A stretch of 24,503 nt of DNA from Candidatus Roizmanbacteria bacterium CG_4_10_14_0_8_um_filter_33_9 (GTDB taxonomy: Bacteria; Patescibacteriota; Microgenomatia; UBA1406; GWC2-37-13): contig PFLI01000065.1 in the NCBI GenBank assembly GCA_002785065.1, forward strand, positions 1,724-26,226. The letters are read 5' to 3'. The notes under the pieces were generated by a model that worked only from the letters and a program-made list of their open reading frames with translations, was not told where the DNA came from and ran no database searches. The translations under genes and the position numbers were made by a program. This document shows, piece by piece, positions 6,518 through 15,798 of the stretch. Within the stretch, counting starts at the first letter, position 1. Each line of letters opens with the position of its first letter.

Positions 6518-9130
6518 CTATTCCGTACTTGAGGATGAAGTTGGTGTTGAAGTCGTGGTTGGCGCTGAAGTTGGAACTGCAGTTGGCTCTGCATAATTCC
6601 AATTTCTATTTAATCCAAATTTAATTGCAGACTCTCCTGATTTATCTTTATCATTTGTAGCACGGACTTTAAGTTCATAAACACCATCCGGTTTATCCTT
6701 AATTGTCTCCTCGATATCTTTTTTATCTTCGTTATAGTTTTTGATCTCTTGATTATTAAGCCATATTTTTACATTTTTAAGAGATGACATCGAAGTTATT
6801 TTTACTTTAATATTGATATCTTTCCCTTCAAGTTTAGACCGATCAGACGGAGATTTAATAGAAACAACGACGTCTTCGGAACGATTATCTGAAATTTCTG
6901 TTGGACATTTCCATTTATCATCAGATTGCTCTCGAGCCCATTTATCAATAGCATCCTGCCATCTATTTTTTCCATCGGTTGAAATGGGATCATTTTCAGT
7001 AACCACATAACAGTCTTTCTCTTCATAATTGCCTGTTTTTATTTCAATATCATTAGCAAGCTTTCCGTTTGATTTTGAAATTTTTTGTTTTTTATAATAG
7101 GAAGATACATCTTTCGGTTCTGTGCCTTCGATGAAATACTCCGATCGAGTTCCATTGCCATCTTTAGGTAATCCCCCAAACAATGAATCTATTTGTAATG
7201 CCTTAACCTTATTCGGTTTATCCATAATGCCGTCATCATACTTTTTAAGAAGATATTGCATAGTTTTATACCAAATAGGCGATGCGCCTGTTGCACCTGA
7301 TGAAATTTTTGGATTCATTTTTGAATTGTCATTATTTCCAACCCACACTCCAACACTTATTCCTTTCGTATATCCAATTGCCCAGTTGTCACGTTTATCA
7401 TCGGTTGTTCCCGTCTTCACCGCTACTGTTTTCCCTGGGATATTTAAGTAAGATCGAAGACCAAATTCTATTTCACGTGCGTTGTTATCGGATAAAATAT
7501 GAGAGATGAGAAAAGCAGATTCCGGGGATATCGGTTTTGTCTCATGACTTTTTTTTGCTGAGTAAATAAGTTTATTCGAATAGTCTTTAATTTCAACAAT
7601 TGACTGAATATCTTTTTTGATACCTCCTCGTGCAAATACAGAAAAAGCAGATGTCATATCCACAAGAGTTACTTCACCTCCACCAAGAGTAATAGAAAGT
7701 CCAAACCTGTTCAAATTTTCTTGTGTTGGGCTAAGGGTGTTTAGCCCCATATCGCTAGCTCTTTGCATAAAATCACGAATACCAACCATAGCCAACAATT
7801 TTACTGCAGGAAGATTAAATGAATTACCTAATGCGAAACGAAGTTGAACTGGTCCATGATATTTTCCATCATAATTCACTGGAACATAATCTTCTTGATC
7901 TTTAGATGGAAAAGTAGTCTCAACATCCATAAGCGTTGTTGTTGGTGTATATCCTTTTTCAAATGCAGTAACATAGGTAATAGGCTTTATAGTTGATCCT
8001 GGTTGACGAAGACCCAAAGAAGCATTAAATGCTCCATATTCTGTATCATTAAAGTCATATGAACCAACCATAGCAAGCATTTCGTTTGTCTTTGAATCAA
8101 GAACAACAACAGCGCCATTTCCAACTTGATAATCTTCTTTAATACTATTGATTTCATCTTTTACAATTTTTTCTATTGACGTTTGAGCTTCAAGTGAGAG
8201 AGTTGTTTTTATCTTTAATCCTTGCTCTAGAATTTTTGATCCGAACTCTTTTTCAATTTGGTCTTTAACGTAAAAAACAAAATGAGGTGCGTTAATAGAC
8301 ATTTTTGCTGCGGAAAAAACAACGGAATTTATACTATCGACTGATTGTTTTTCTTCTTTTAATGTGATATATCCATCTTCACGCATACGACGTAAAACAT
8401 CTATTGTGCGAGTTTTCCAAACGTCTTTTTTTCCTATAAAAGGGGAGTATATGCTCGGACTCTGGGGAAGTCCTGCTAGAATTGCAGATTCCAAAATAGT
8501 TAATTCTTTTGGAGATTTATTAAAATATCCCTTTGCTGCCGATCCAATACCGACATAACTTCCTCCATAGGGAATTTCATTAAGATACATTTCTAATATC
8601 TGGTCTTTGGTATATTTTCCTTCAACCGAAATAGCTAAAATAATTTCCTTAATTTTACGCGAAGCAGTTTGCTTTGAATCCAAAAGCACGGTTTTAATAA
8701 GTTGTTGTGTAATTGTTGACCCTCCTCCGGAAATCTTTCTTGTAAGAAGTAAATTAATAAATGAACGAAGAATTCCAATTTGTGAGATTCCACCATGTTT
8801 ATAAAAACCTTTGTCTTCGATAGCAATAGTTGCTTGCTTTAATTTGTCATTTATTTCGGATAATTTAAACGGTAACCTATTTTTGTCCTTAAACATTTCA
8901 AACAAAATCTTTCCGTCACGGTCATAAAAAACAGTGGCATTTTCAGAGACTTGTGATAATTTTCCTGGAGCAGGAAGATCACGACCAAACCATGCAAAAA
9001 GAATAAGAAAAATAAGAAAAATAAAAGCAATTACTGAACCAATAACAATAAATGGATTCTTTTTAATAAAAATAAACGCTTGTGGAAAAATAGTTAATTT
9101 ACTTTGCCGTCTACGTTTTGAAACATACAT
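6518..9130 (-). CDS. Class A penicillin-binding protein (PBP1A family; transglycosylase-transpeptidase) with a C-terminal Ig-like domain and a Thr/Ser/Pro-rich tail
   Basis: N-terminal TM helix. GT51 motifs EDKGFYKHGG, GGSTITQQLIK and RKIKE. Transpeptidase motifs SxxK (QPGSTIKP), SxN (NSFN) and KTGT. Tail EPTAVPTSAPTTTSTPTSSSSTE. Confidence 0.96.
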   Translation of the reverse strand: MYVSKRRRQSKLTIFPQAFIFIKKNPFIVIGSVIAFIFLIFLILFAWFGRDLPAPGKLSQVSENATVFYDRDGKILFEMFKDKNRLPFKLSEINDKLKQATIAIEDKGFYKHGGISQIGILRSFINLLLTRKISGGGSTITQQLIKTVLLDSKQTASRKIKEIILAISVEGKYTKDQILEMYLNEIPYGGSYVGIGSAAKGYFNKSPKELTILESAILAGLPQSPSIYSPFIGKKDVWKTRTIDVLRRMREDGYITLKEEKQSVDSINSVVFSAAKMSINAPHFVFYVKDQIEKEFGSKILEQGLKIKTTLSLEAQTSIEKIVKDEINSIKEDYQVGNGAVVVLDSKTNEMLAMVGSYDFNDTEYGAFNASLGLRQPGSTIKPITYVTAFEKGYTPTTTLMDVETTFPSKDQEDYVPVNYDGKYHGPVQLRFALGNSFNLPAVKLLAMVGIRDFMQRASDMGLNTLSPTQENLNRFGLSITLGGGEVTLVDMTSAFSVFARGGIKKDIQSIVEIKDYSNKLIYSAKKSHETKPISPESAFLISHILSDNNAREIEFGLRSYLNIPGKTVAVKTGTTDDKRDNWAIGYTKGISVGVWVGNNDNSKMNPKISSGATGASPIWYKTMQYLLKKYDDGIMDKPNKVKALQIDSLFGGLPKDGNGTRSEYFIEGTEPKDVSSYYKKQKISKSNGKLANDIEIKTGNYEEKDCYVVTENDPISTDGKNRWQDAIDKWAREQSDDKWKCPTEISDNRSEDVVVSIKSPSDRSKLEGKDINIKVKITSMSSLKNVKIWLNNQEIKNYNEDKKDIEETIKDKPDGVYELKVRATNDKDKSGESAIKFGLNRNWNYAEPTAVPTSAPTTTSTPTSSSSTE

Positions 9131-9137
9131 AAAGTTA

Positions 9138-9143
9138 AGTATA
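9138..9143 (-). promoter_or_regulatory. -10 element (TATACT) for the PBP gene
   Basis: Minus strand reads TATACT-taacttt-ATG (7-nt spacing); the -35 is weak. Confidence 0.5.
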
Positions 9144-9153
9144 CAAAAAAATT

Positions 9154-9162
9154 TGATATAAT
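9154..9162 (+). promoter_or_regulatory. Extended -10 promoter (TGaTATAAT) for the small ORF-recG operon
   Basis: TTTGATATAAT-aaaaat-GTG. The 12-mer TTTGATATAATA also occurs upstream of the 6482 gene. Confidence 0.65.
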
Positions 9163-9168
9163 AAAAAT

Positions 9169-9282
9169 GTGAAACTATTTAAGAAAAAAATTAAGACAGA
9201 GATGATTTGGAAAGTGGTTATTTTTATTTCTTCGCTTTTGCTTATTATATCCTCACTCGCTCCTATGTTTTTGATGAGATAA
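9169..9282 (+). CDS. Small single-pass membrane protein, 37 aa (absent from the ORF track)
   Basis: GTG start gives MKLFKKKIKTEMIWKVVIFISSLLLIISSLAPMFLMR: basic N-terminus plus one hydrophobic helix. It fills the gap between the promoter and recG, with its stop 6 nt before the recG ATG. Alternative ATG at 9202. Confidence 0.65.
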   Translation: MKLFKKKIKTEMIWKVVIFISSLLLIISSLAPMFLMR

Positions 9283-9288
9283 TAGAGT

Positions 9289-11331
9289 ATGTCATCTTAT
9301 GATATTCCCATTTCTAACCTCCCTCGAACAAGAAGCTTAACTATTAAACGTTTTAAAGCGTTGGAAATTGAAACATTTGGCGATTTACTCAACTATTTTC
9401 CTTCTCGTTACGAAGACTATTCGCAAATTACACCAATTGCACATCTTGTTTTAGGAAACAAAACTACCATTCAAGGCGAAATCAAAAGTGCCCGAAATCA
9501 TTACTCAAAAAGCGGACTTCAACTTCAAAAAATAATAATAAAAGATGAAACAGGAAGTATTGAAGTTAATTGGTTTAATCAACCATATCTCATACGGATT
9601 CTTACTGTTACTAAAAAAATATCTGTTTCCGGCACTGTCATTTTTATTGGTCGAGAGCTCGTATTCCAACCATTTGAATATGAGCTCATTACAGACTTTC
9701 ATACCAAGCTCGTTCATACAGGAAAAATTGTTCCCGTTTATAGCGAAAAACAAAATCTATCATCTAAATTACTGCGTGAAAAACTGACTTATGTTTTATT
9801 GGAAATACTACAGTTTCCAGAACTTCTTCCGAAAGAAATTACTTCTTTTAACTCTCTTATTTCACCCAAAGAAGCATATGTAAATATTCATTTTCCTATT
9901 TCAGGGGAAATGTATCAGAAGGCAAAGGAACGTTTGGCTTTTGAAGAATTGTTTGTAATTTCTTTACTACTCGCACAATTAAAAAAAGAACAAAAAGAAA
10001 TTCAAGTAAAATTTCCCATAAAAATAAATGAAAAAAATAAAAAGTTGATCTCAATATTTATTCATAACCTTCCATTTACTTTAACTCCTGATCAAAATAC
10101 TGCTCTTAATGAGATTATTGCTGATATTCAAAAATTAAATCCAATGAATCGATTTCTTCAGGGAGATGTAGGTTCAGGAAAAACAATCGTAGCAGCAATA
10201 ATCGCATATGCTGTATGTTTAAACGGATATAAAACACTCATTATGGCTCCTACTGAAATCCTCGCAAAACAGCATTATGAAACGTTTTCAAAATTATTTG
10301 AAAAAACTGGGATACAAATTGGATTAATTACCGGTTCGCAAAAAATTAACCAAGATCAATCAACAATTGTTATCGGAACACATGCGCTTCTCAATAACTC
10401 AACAATATATAAAAAGGTTGGATTGGTTATCATTGACGAACAACACAGATTTGGCGTTAAACAAAGAGCTTTTTTAAAATCTTCCAGTAATTATCCTCAT
10501 TTACTAACTATGACTGCCACACCCATTCCAAGAACAGTTGCTTTAACTTTATATGGAGATCTTGATATTTCTGTTTTGTTAACTCTTCCAAAAGGTAGAA
10601 TTTTAATAAAAACATTTCTTGTTCCAACAGAAAAACGACAAAATGCATATGATTGGATTCGAAAAAAAGTTAAAAACGAAAAGCAACAAGTATTTATTGT
10701 ATGCCCTCGAATTAGTGAGTCTGAAGAAGAAAATGAAACATCGATTAAAGCTGTTAAAAAAGAATATGAAACAATCAAAAAAGAAATCTTTCCAGAGTTA
10801 CAAATTGGCCTTCTACATGGAAAATTAAGACCAAAAGAAAAAAATGAAATCATGAATATGTTTAAAAACAAACAAATAGATATTTTAGTTTCTACTTCAG
10901 TGGTTGAAGTTGGTATTGATATTCCAAATGCGACTATTATGATGATTGAAGGTTCGGAAAATTTTGGTCTTGCCCAGCTTCACCAACTACGAGGAAGAGT
11001 CGGTAGAAGCACGCTTCAATCATATTGTCTATTATTTACTGAATCTGATGACCCTGAAACTATGAACAGATTATCCTTTTTTTCAAAACACATTAACGGT
11101 TTTGAACTATCAGAATATGATTTTAAAAGAAGAGGATCGGGAAGTATTTTGGGAACTGAACAACACGGCTATCTTAAGCTTAAGATAGCTTCACTATCAG
11201 ATATGAATCTGATTTCAAAAGTGAAAAAAAGTGTAGAATATTTTATAAAAAAATATCCTTCTCTATCTCATTTTCCTCAATTGGAAAAAGAAATAAATAA
11301 ATATGATATTGAAAATATATCGATGGACTAA
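9289..11331 (+). CDS. recG: ATP-dependent DNA helicase RecG
   Basis: DLLNYFPSRYED and wedge/OB (WFNQPY) region, LQGDVGSGKT, MAPTEILAKQH, IIDEQHRFGVKQR, MTATPIPRT, STSVVEVGIDIPNAT, GLAQLHQLRGRVGR, and the TRG motif DFKRRGSG. Confidence 0.98.
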   Translation: MSSYDIPISNLPRTRSLTIKRFKALEIETFGDLLNYFPSRYEDYSQITPIAHLVLGNKTTIQGEIKSARNHYSKSGLQLQKIIIKDETGSIEVNWFNQPYLIRILTVTKKISVSGTVIFIGRELVFQPFEYELITDFHTKLVHTGKIVPVYSEKQNLSSKLLREKLTYVLLEILQFPELLPKEITSFNSLISPKEAYVNIHFPISGEMYQKAKERLAFEELFVISLLLAQLKKEQKEIQVKFPIKINEKNKKLISIFIHNLPFTLTPDQNTALNEIIADIQKLNPMNRFLQGDVGSGKTIVAAIIAYAVCLNGYKTLIMAPTEILAKQHYETFSKLFEKTGIQIGLITGSQKINQDQSTIVIGTHALLNNSTIYKKVGLVIIDEQHRFGVKQRAFLKSSSNYPHLLTMTATPIPRTVALTLYGDLDISVLLTLPKGRILIKTFLVPTEKRQNAYDWIRKKVKNEKQQVFIVCPRISESEEENETSIKAVKKEYETIKKEIFPELQIGLLHGKLRPKEKNEIMNMFKNKQIDILVSTSVVEVGIDIPNATIMMIEGSENFGLAQLHQLRGRVGRSTLQSYCLLFTESDDPETMNRLSFFSKHINGFELSEYDFKRRGSGSILGTEQHGYLKLKIASLSDMNLISKVKKSVEYFIKKYPSLSHFPQLEKEINKYDIENISMD

Positions 11332-11339
11332 GAAACACT

Positions 11340-11367
11340 TTGCAAACAGATATAAATAAGATATAAT
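11340..11367 (+). promoter_or_regulatory. Sigma70-type promoter for rpmF-nusB-rnc
   Basis: TTGCAA-N16-TATAAT, 27 nt upstream of the rpmF ATG; no Shine-Dalgarno motif in the leader. Confidence 0.55.
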
Positions 11368-11394
11368 AAGAATTAGTTACTTATTTTTTACTCT

Positions 11395-11544
11395 ATGGCA
11401 CCATTACCAAAACGAAAGCACTCAACACAGAGAAAAGGCAAACGAATGAGTCATAAATCAACCACACTCGCTAAATTAGTCATCTGTAAAAAATGTGGTA
11501 AAACAAAATTACCTCATCGAATTTGTAAATATTGTAATAAATAA
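11395..11544 (+). CDS. rpmF: 50S ribosomal protein L32 (Zn-ribbon form; absent from the ORF track)
   Basis: My translation is MAPLPKRKHSTQRKGKRMSHKSTTLAKLVICKKCGKTKLPHRICKYCNK, with the PKRK.S..R...R and CxxC...PHRxCxxC signature. Confidence 0.95.
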   Translation: MAPLPKRKHSTQRKGKRMSHKSTTLAKLVICKKCGKTKLPHRICKYCNK

Positions 11545-11550
11545 CCCGTT

Positions 11551-11916
11551 ATGGACGTTCGGCATAAAAAAAGGATGAAAATAATCCAAAACCTTTATGC
11601 TTATTCCTTTCAAAATACCTCAAATACATTTTTAAATACGGATGAGATTGATTCGTTGAACATTATTGAAAATCTTCACGAAGTTGATGAACAAATAGTT
11701 CTTTATGCTAAAAAATTTCCCATTGAAAAAATCGGAAAAGTAGATCTTGCTATTTTAAGACTTGCGATTTATGAACTTATTATTAATCCAAAAGAGCCAA
11801 AAAAGGTTGTAATCAATGAAGCAATCGAACTAGCAAAAGAACTCGGCGGAGAAAAGTCTTTCTCATTTATAAACGGAGTTCTTGGAAAAATTGTTTTTGA
11901 GCACAAACCAAAATGA
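11551..11916 (+). CDS. nusB: Transcription antitermination factor NusB
   Basis: VDLAILRLAIYEL...P.KVVINEAIELAKELGGEKSFSFINGVLG. Confidence 0.95.
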   Translation: MDVRHKKRMKIIQNLYAYSFQNTSNTFLNTDEIDSLNIIENLHEVDEQIVLYAKKFPIEKIGKVDLAILRLAIYELIINPKEPKKVVINEAIELAKELGGEKSFSFINGVLGKIVFEHKPK

Positions 11917-12608
11917 ATAAATTATTAAAATTACTAGAAAAAAGAATAAAAATTACGTTTATAAATAAAAAAATTGTTGAAAATGTTTTTATTCATCGTT
12001 CTTTTTTAAATGAACACAAACATTCGGAATTTCCTTCAAACGAAAAATTGGAATTTCTCGGTGATAGTGTACTATCTCTGATTACTTCAATTTATTTGTA
12101 TAAAAATTTTCCCCTTCTTGACGAAGGAACATATACAGATATTAAAGCATCGGTTGTTCGAACCGAAAGTTTGGCTGAAGTTGGAAAAAAATTAGATTTA
12201 GGTATGATTGTTTTACTATCAAAAGGAGAAGAACTTAACGGTGGACGAGAAAATAAAAATATATTAGCTGATTGCTTTGAAGCTTTTATTGCCGCAATTT
12301 TTATTGATAAAGGGTTTGACGTTGCATACACATTTATCGTTGAGTGGCTTTTTAAAGGCAAATTAGACTATATTGTTAAAAACAAATTATATTTATCTCC
12401 AAAAAGTCGATTACAAGAATATATACAGGCAAAATATCGAAAACTACCTATTTATACAACACAAGAAGAAAAAGGACCTGAACACAAAAAAGAATTTTTA
12501 GTATCCGTAAACTTTGATTCAGAGTTTTTAGGACAAGGAAAAGGTTCTTCAAAAAAAGAAGCTGAGGAAGCAGCAGCAAAAAATGCACTGGAAAAACTAA
12601 AAGAATAA
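11913..12608 (+). CDS. rnc: Ribonuclease III
   Basis: HRSFLNE, NEKLEFLGDSVL signature, DCFEAFIAA, and a dsRBD (PKSRLQEYIQ...GPEHKKEF...G.GSSKKEAEEAAA). ATGA overlap with nusB. Confidence 0.98.
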   Translation: MNKLLKLLEKRIKITFINKKIVENVFIHRSFLNEHKHSEFPSNEKLEFLGDSVLSLITSIYLYKNFPLLDEGTYTDIKASVVRTESLAEVGKKLDLGMIVLLSKGEELNGGRENKNILADCFEAFIAAIFIDKGFDVAYTFIVEWLFKGKLDYIVKNKLYLSPKSRLQEYIQAKYRKLPIYTTQEEKGPEHKKEFLVSVNFDSEFLGQGKGSSKKEAEEAAAKNALEKLKE

Positions 12609-12664
12609 AGTATAATTATGTTTTGGAACGATAAACACCAAAATTACATTTTTAATAAAGAAAT

Positions 12665-12919
12665 ATGCCTGCAACAATAAGATTAATGAGATTTGGAAAA
12701 AAAGGTCAACCAAGTTATCGCATAGTTGTTCTTGATAAAAGGAAAAAGAGAGATGGAGCTTATATTGAAAAAATAGGATTCTATAATCCAATGGTGGAGC
12801 CAAAAATATTCGAAATTGACGAACAAAAATTTACTTCTTGGAAATTGAAAGGTGCATTAATTTCAGAAGGAATGAGGAAGCTGCTTAAAAATAAAGCTGC
12901 CACAACCAAAACAAAATAA
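12665..12919 (+). CDS. rpsP: 30S ribosomal protein S16
   Basis: IRLMRFGKKGQPSYRIVVLDKRKKRDGAYIEKIGFYNP. Confidence 0.98.
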   Translation: MPATIRLMRFGKKGQPSYRIVVLDKRKKRDGAYIEKIGFYNPMVEPKIFEIDEQKFTSWKLKGALISEGMRKLLKNKAATTKTK

Positions 12920-12934
12920 CGTTAAAAAGCTATC

Positions 12935-13612
12935 TTATTGAAATGGATTATCGGTAATTTCGTAATCTGTCCCTAAAGATTCTTGTGTATCTTCGAAATT
13001 AATCTTAACCTTATCTTTAATTTCTAGTAATAATGCCAGATCTTTTAAGTCAAGTTTTGGAACCAGTTCTTGACCTAGAATATATTTTTTATTATAAAAA
13101 TTTAAATTTACTTGTGTATTTACATTCGTTCCAGAAAATTGTATAGTCTCACTAGTTGCAAGTCTTCCACCGATATAATTATAGTTCTTCAAAAACTCCA
13201 TAAAGGTATTTGCATTTCCTTTTCCGGCAACATTCATTGATATTTTATTTTTGGTAGATGAAATGTTAATCGTGTAATTAGAAATGAAAAATCCCGTCTC
13301 TTGGCTTATCTTTTCAAGGGCATATATAATTGTAAAAAAGTCTTCATTTTCAGGAATAAGCGCTGATAGAATCTTGTTGTAAATAGTTATTTGTTCCATT
13401 TTCAACTGAGAATTTGCTTTAATAATATCAGCTCGGTTTTTTAAAAGCTTTATTTCACTTGTAAGATTGGCTTCTTCTATTCGAGCAGATATTAATGCAC
13501 TATAAGAATAATTAACTAACATTGTCATAATAAATAAAACAAATATAGTTAAAAGAATTATCCAGTTGTCTTTAACAAAAAACTGAATTTGTTTAATTTT
13601 TAATTTATTCAT
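12935..13612 (-). CDS. pilO: Type IV pilus alignment protein, PilO-like
   Basis: One N-terminal TM helix, a coiled coil, then ALEKISQETG and V.G.G...FMEFLKN.....RL pattern. Third gene of the pilM-N-O run. Confidence 0.7.
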   Translation of the reverse strand: MNKLKIKQIQFFVKDNWIILLTIFVLFIMTMLVNYSYSALISARIEEANLTSEIKLLKNRADIIKANSQLKMEQITIYNKILSALIPENEDFFTIIYALEKISQETGFFISNYTINISSTKNKISMNVAGKGNANTFMEFLKNYNYIGGRLATSETIQFSGTNVNTQVNLNFYNKKYILGQELVPKLDLKDLALLLEIKDKVKINFEDTQESLGTDYEITDNPFQ

Positions 13613-14187
13613 TGTATTTGATTGAACCTACCTCTGAACTGTAATTGATATTTATAGGAACTAATTCCTAAAGTCTTTAAATTAAGAGTAAAATTTGCCA
13701 AACTTAATTGACTAAATTTTGATAAAAAATCATTTGACTCAATAAATTTAATAAATGAGATCATATTGTGATAATTTGAAAATTTAACAGTAAATGATGT
13801 ATCTCGTAGCTTATTTATTAAGACGCTATCTAATAAAGCCGATTGGGTAGATGATGAAGATGTTACGGCTTCTTTTAGAATAGTATAATACGGTAAAAAA
13901 TTTGCATCATCTTTCATAAAAGTTGTTAATTGTGATTCTTTACTTTTAAAATAACGTACATTTGCTTCTGAATCCTTATTATCAACAAGAAAAGCAAGAT
14001 ACAATTTTTTTTTATCGTTCATAGAATTAATATTATTTTTTACTTTTAATAATATAATGGTAAGAAAAATAAAAACAATAAAGCAAAAAACGCCAATTAT
14101 TGAAGCAAGTAGTTTAATCTTGTCTCCATAGAGTACAAGAAAATGTACTTTTTTTTTAGATAATAATAAATTAATTCGCTTTTTCAT
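13609..14187 (-). CDS. pilN: Type IV pilus alignment protein, PilN-like
   Basis: N-terminal INLL (PilM-binding) motif, TM helix and coiled coil; ATGA overlaps with both neighbours. Confidence 0.7.
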   Translation of the reverse strand: MKKRINLLLSKKKVHFLVLYGDKIKLLASIIGVFCFIVFIFLTIILLKVKNNINSMNDKKKLYLAFLVDNKDSEANVRYFKSKESQLTTFMKDDANFLPYYTILKEAVTSSSSTQSALLDSVLINKLRDTSFTVKFSNYHNMISFIKFIESNDFLSKFSQLSLANFTLNLKTLGISSYKYQLQFRGRFNQIQ

Positions 14188-15215
14188 CTGAGATTACCAG
14201 AAATAGCACCAATAAAAGATGTCATTTCTATCCCGAATGATTCAGTTATTGGATTGGATTTTATGTAATCTTTTAAAATTAATGAATCTACAGGAACTTG
14301 AAGCAACTCGGAAAGTTTTTTATCAAAGGATAGTACATATGATGAATAATTAAATAAGTACATTTTTTCTACTCGTAAACCAAGTTTTTCTTTTGAAGAA
14401 ATCATAAACTTTGATAGTTCGTTCACAAAGTCCCTTAAAATATTTGATACTATTTTTGAAATATCATACGAAGCATTGTTTTCAAAACCCACAGTTTTCA
14501 GTAATTCCAATGCTTTTGAATCGGTAACTTCTAAATTAAACTTAATTTCTTTAATAAGAATATCTAAACCGAGCTTAATTGTATGTGTCATCATAATTAA
14601 TGACGATTTAGCGTCTATTAAATATATGGAGCTTGAAGAATACCCAAAATTTATAATTAAATATGAATTATCATTTTTATCATTTTTATATTGAAGAATC
14701 TCCGAAAAAAGTCTTCCTATTGAGCTATGTTCGTTTTCAAGAGAAACCGGTATTAAGCTTAACATTTCAAATAGTTTTTCTGCTCTCTCAATTTGTTTTT
14801 TTGAACATGCGATAATGAGTACTTTATTTTGTTTTGCCTGTTTATCTGTTGTCAATATTTCTATATCTAAAACAACTTCATCAAGCGGTATGGGAATAAA
14901 TTGATCTGCTTGATATTTAACTACAGATAGCAGCTCTTTTTCGTTAAGTAAAGCTAAATCAAGAATTTGTGAATATGAATATGTATCAGGAACAACAATG
15001 TTCACATTTCGTTTAGTTAATTTTAAATCTGAAAACATTTTTGATATAAGTTCTGCTTGAGCAGTTAAGCTTTTTTCTGTATCATCAGAGTAAAAATTGG
15101 ATACGGTATTTTGAATTCCTGCCGCATTTAGAGTAATACTACCTTTATTAAAAGATGCATCAACAATTCGGGTAAACTTTTCTCCTAAATCAATGCAAAC
15201 TGAGTCATTATTCAT
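14184..15215 (-). CDS. pilM: Type IV pilus assembly protein PilM (actin-like fold); start revised to ATG 15215
   Basis: CIDLG..FTRIV and IINFGYSSSSI phosphate-loop motifs, L...EL..VVKYQADQFIPIPLDEV..D, and C-terminal GAISGNLR. Confidence 0.88.
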   Translation of the reverse strand: MNNDSVCIDLGEKFTRIVDASFNKGSITLNAAGIQNTVSNFYSDDTEKSLTAQAELISKMFSDLKLTKRNVNIVVPDTYSYSQILDLALLNEKELLSVVKYQADQFIPIPLDEVVLDIEILTTDKQAKQNKVLIIACSKKQIERAEKLFEMLSLIPVSLENEHSSIGRLFSEILQYKNDKNDNSYLIINFGYSSSSIYLIDAKSSLIMMTHTIKLGLDILIKEIKFNLEVTDSKALELLKTVGFENNASYDISKIVSNILRDFVNELSKFMISSKEKLGLRVEKMYLFNYSSYVLSFDKKLSELLQVPVDSLILKDYIKSNPITESFGIEMTSFIGAISGNLR

Positions 15216-15221
15216 TATTCC

Positions 15222-15250
15222 AGTATCGTTAATAAAAAACAAAAAGTCAA
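15222..15250 (-). promoter_or_regulatory. Sigma70-type promoter for pilMNO, leaderless geometry
   Basis: Minus strand reads TTGACT-N17-GATACT-N6-ATG(15215). Confidence 0.55.
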
Positions 15251-15262
15251 GTTGTATTCTTA

Positions 15263-15796
15263 CTAATAACTACGAAGTTTAAATGTAAAATGATATGGTA
15301 AGGTAAAAATTGAACCGGAATCGGTTATATCAAATGAAGTTATTATAATTGGAGGACTAAAACTACTCGTTCTATAACAAGTAAATCCTTCATTTTGAAT
15401 TTTTACTCGTGTATTTGTTAAATAAGAAATAGCTCCTACACTGCTTTGTGATGCAATTTTATGTTCTAAATCAACATAATAAGAAAAAGTATTAAGTTCT
15501 GTATCAATAACATTAATTCGAGGAGCGGGAGTAGGTATCGGAGTAGTTATTGGATTCGTAAGTATAGGACAAACATCGTTAGTATATGTTACATCAACAA
15601 CACGAATACCTTTTTGTTGAATGTTAAATTTCATATTCTCCAAAGCGTAGTCGCCTTGTTGTTTTATATCTTTAAGTGCATAAATTCGTGTTTCTTGTTG
15701 AAGTATTGTAAAAATTATTGCAAATAGTGAGGGAAGAGTAAAAGAAATAACGGCCAGAACTACTAATATTTCAATAAATGTAAATCCTTTTTTCAT
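15263..15796 (-). CDS. Minor pilin, PulJ/PilW-like (start revised to MKKG|FTFIE)
   Basis: Class III signal G|FTFIEILVV plus hydrophobic helix; Pro/Thr-rich segment TNPITTPIPTPAP; 2 Cys. Confidence 0.85.
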   Translation of the reverse strand: MKKGFTFIEILVVLAVISFTLPSLFAIIFTILQQETRIYALKDIKQQGDYALENMKFNIQQKGIRVVDVTYTNDVCPILTNPITTPIPTPAPRINVIDTELNTFSYYVDLEHKIASQSSVGAISYLTNTRVKIQNEGFTCYRTSSFSPPIIITSFDITDSGSIFTLPYHFTFKLRSY

Positions 15797-15798
15797 GG

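Noticed and set aside
6483-6602. 40-aa N-terminal extension of the hypothetical ORF given by the track
   Set aside because: It overlaps the PBP 3' end in another frame, and a promoter-like element sits directly before the ATG at 6482.
12609-12664. TATAAT at 12611-12616 as an rpsP promoter
   Set aside because: There is no credible -35 or TGn extension. It is plausible but not supported well enough to list.
1521-12923. Identical 12-mer CAAAATAACGTT at the ends of rplT (1521-1532) and rpsP (12912-12923)
   Set aside because: AT-rich 12-mer matches are expected by chance in 24.5 kb of this composition, and there is no shared structure around them.
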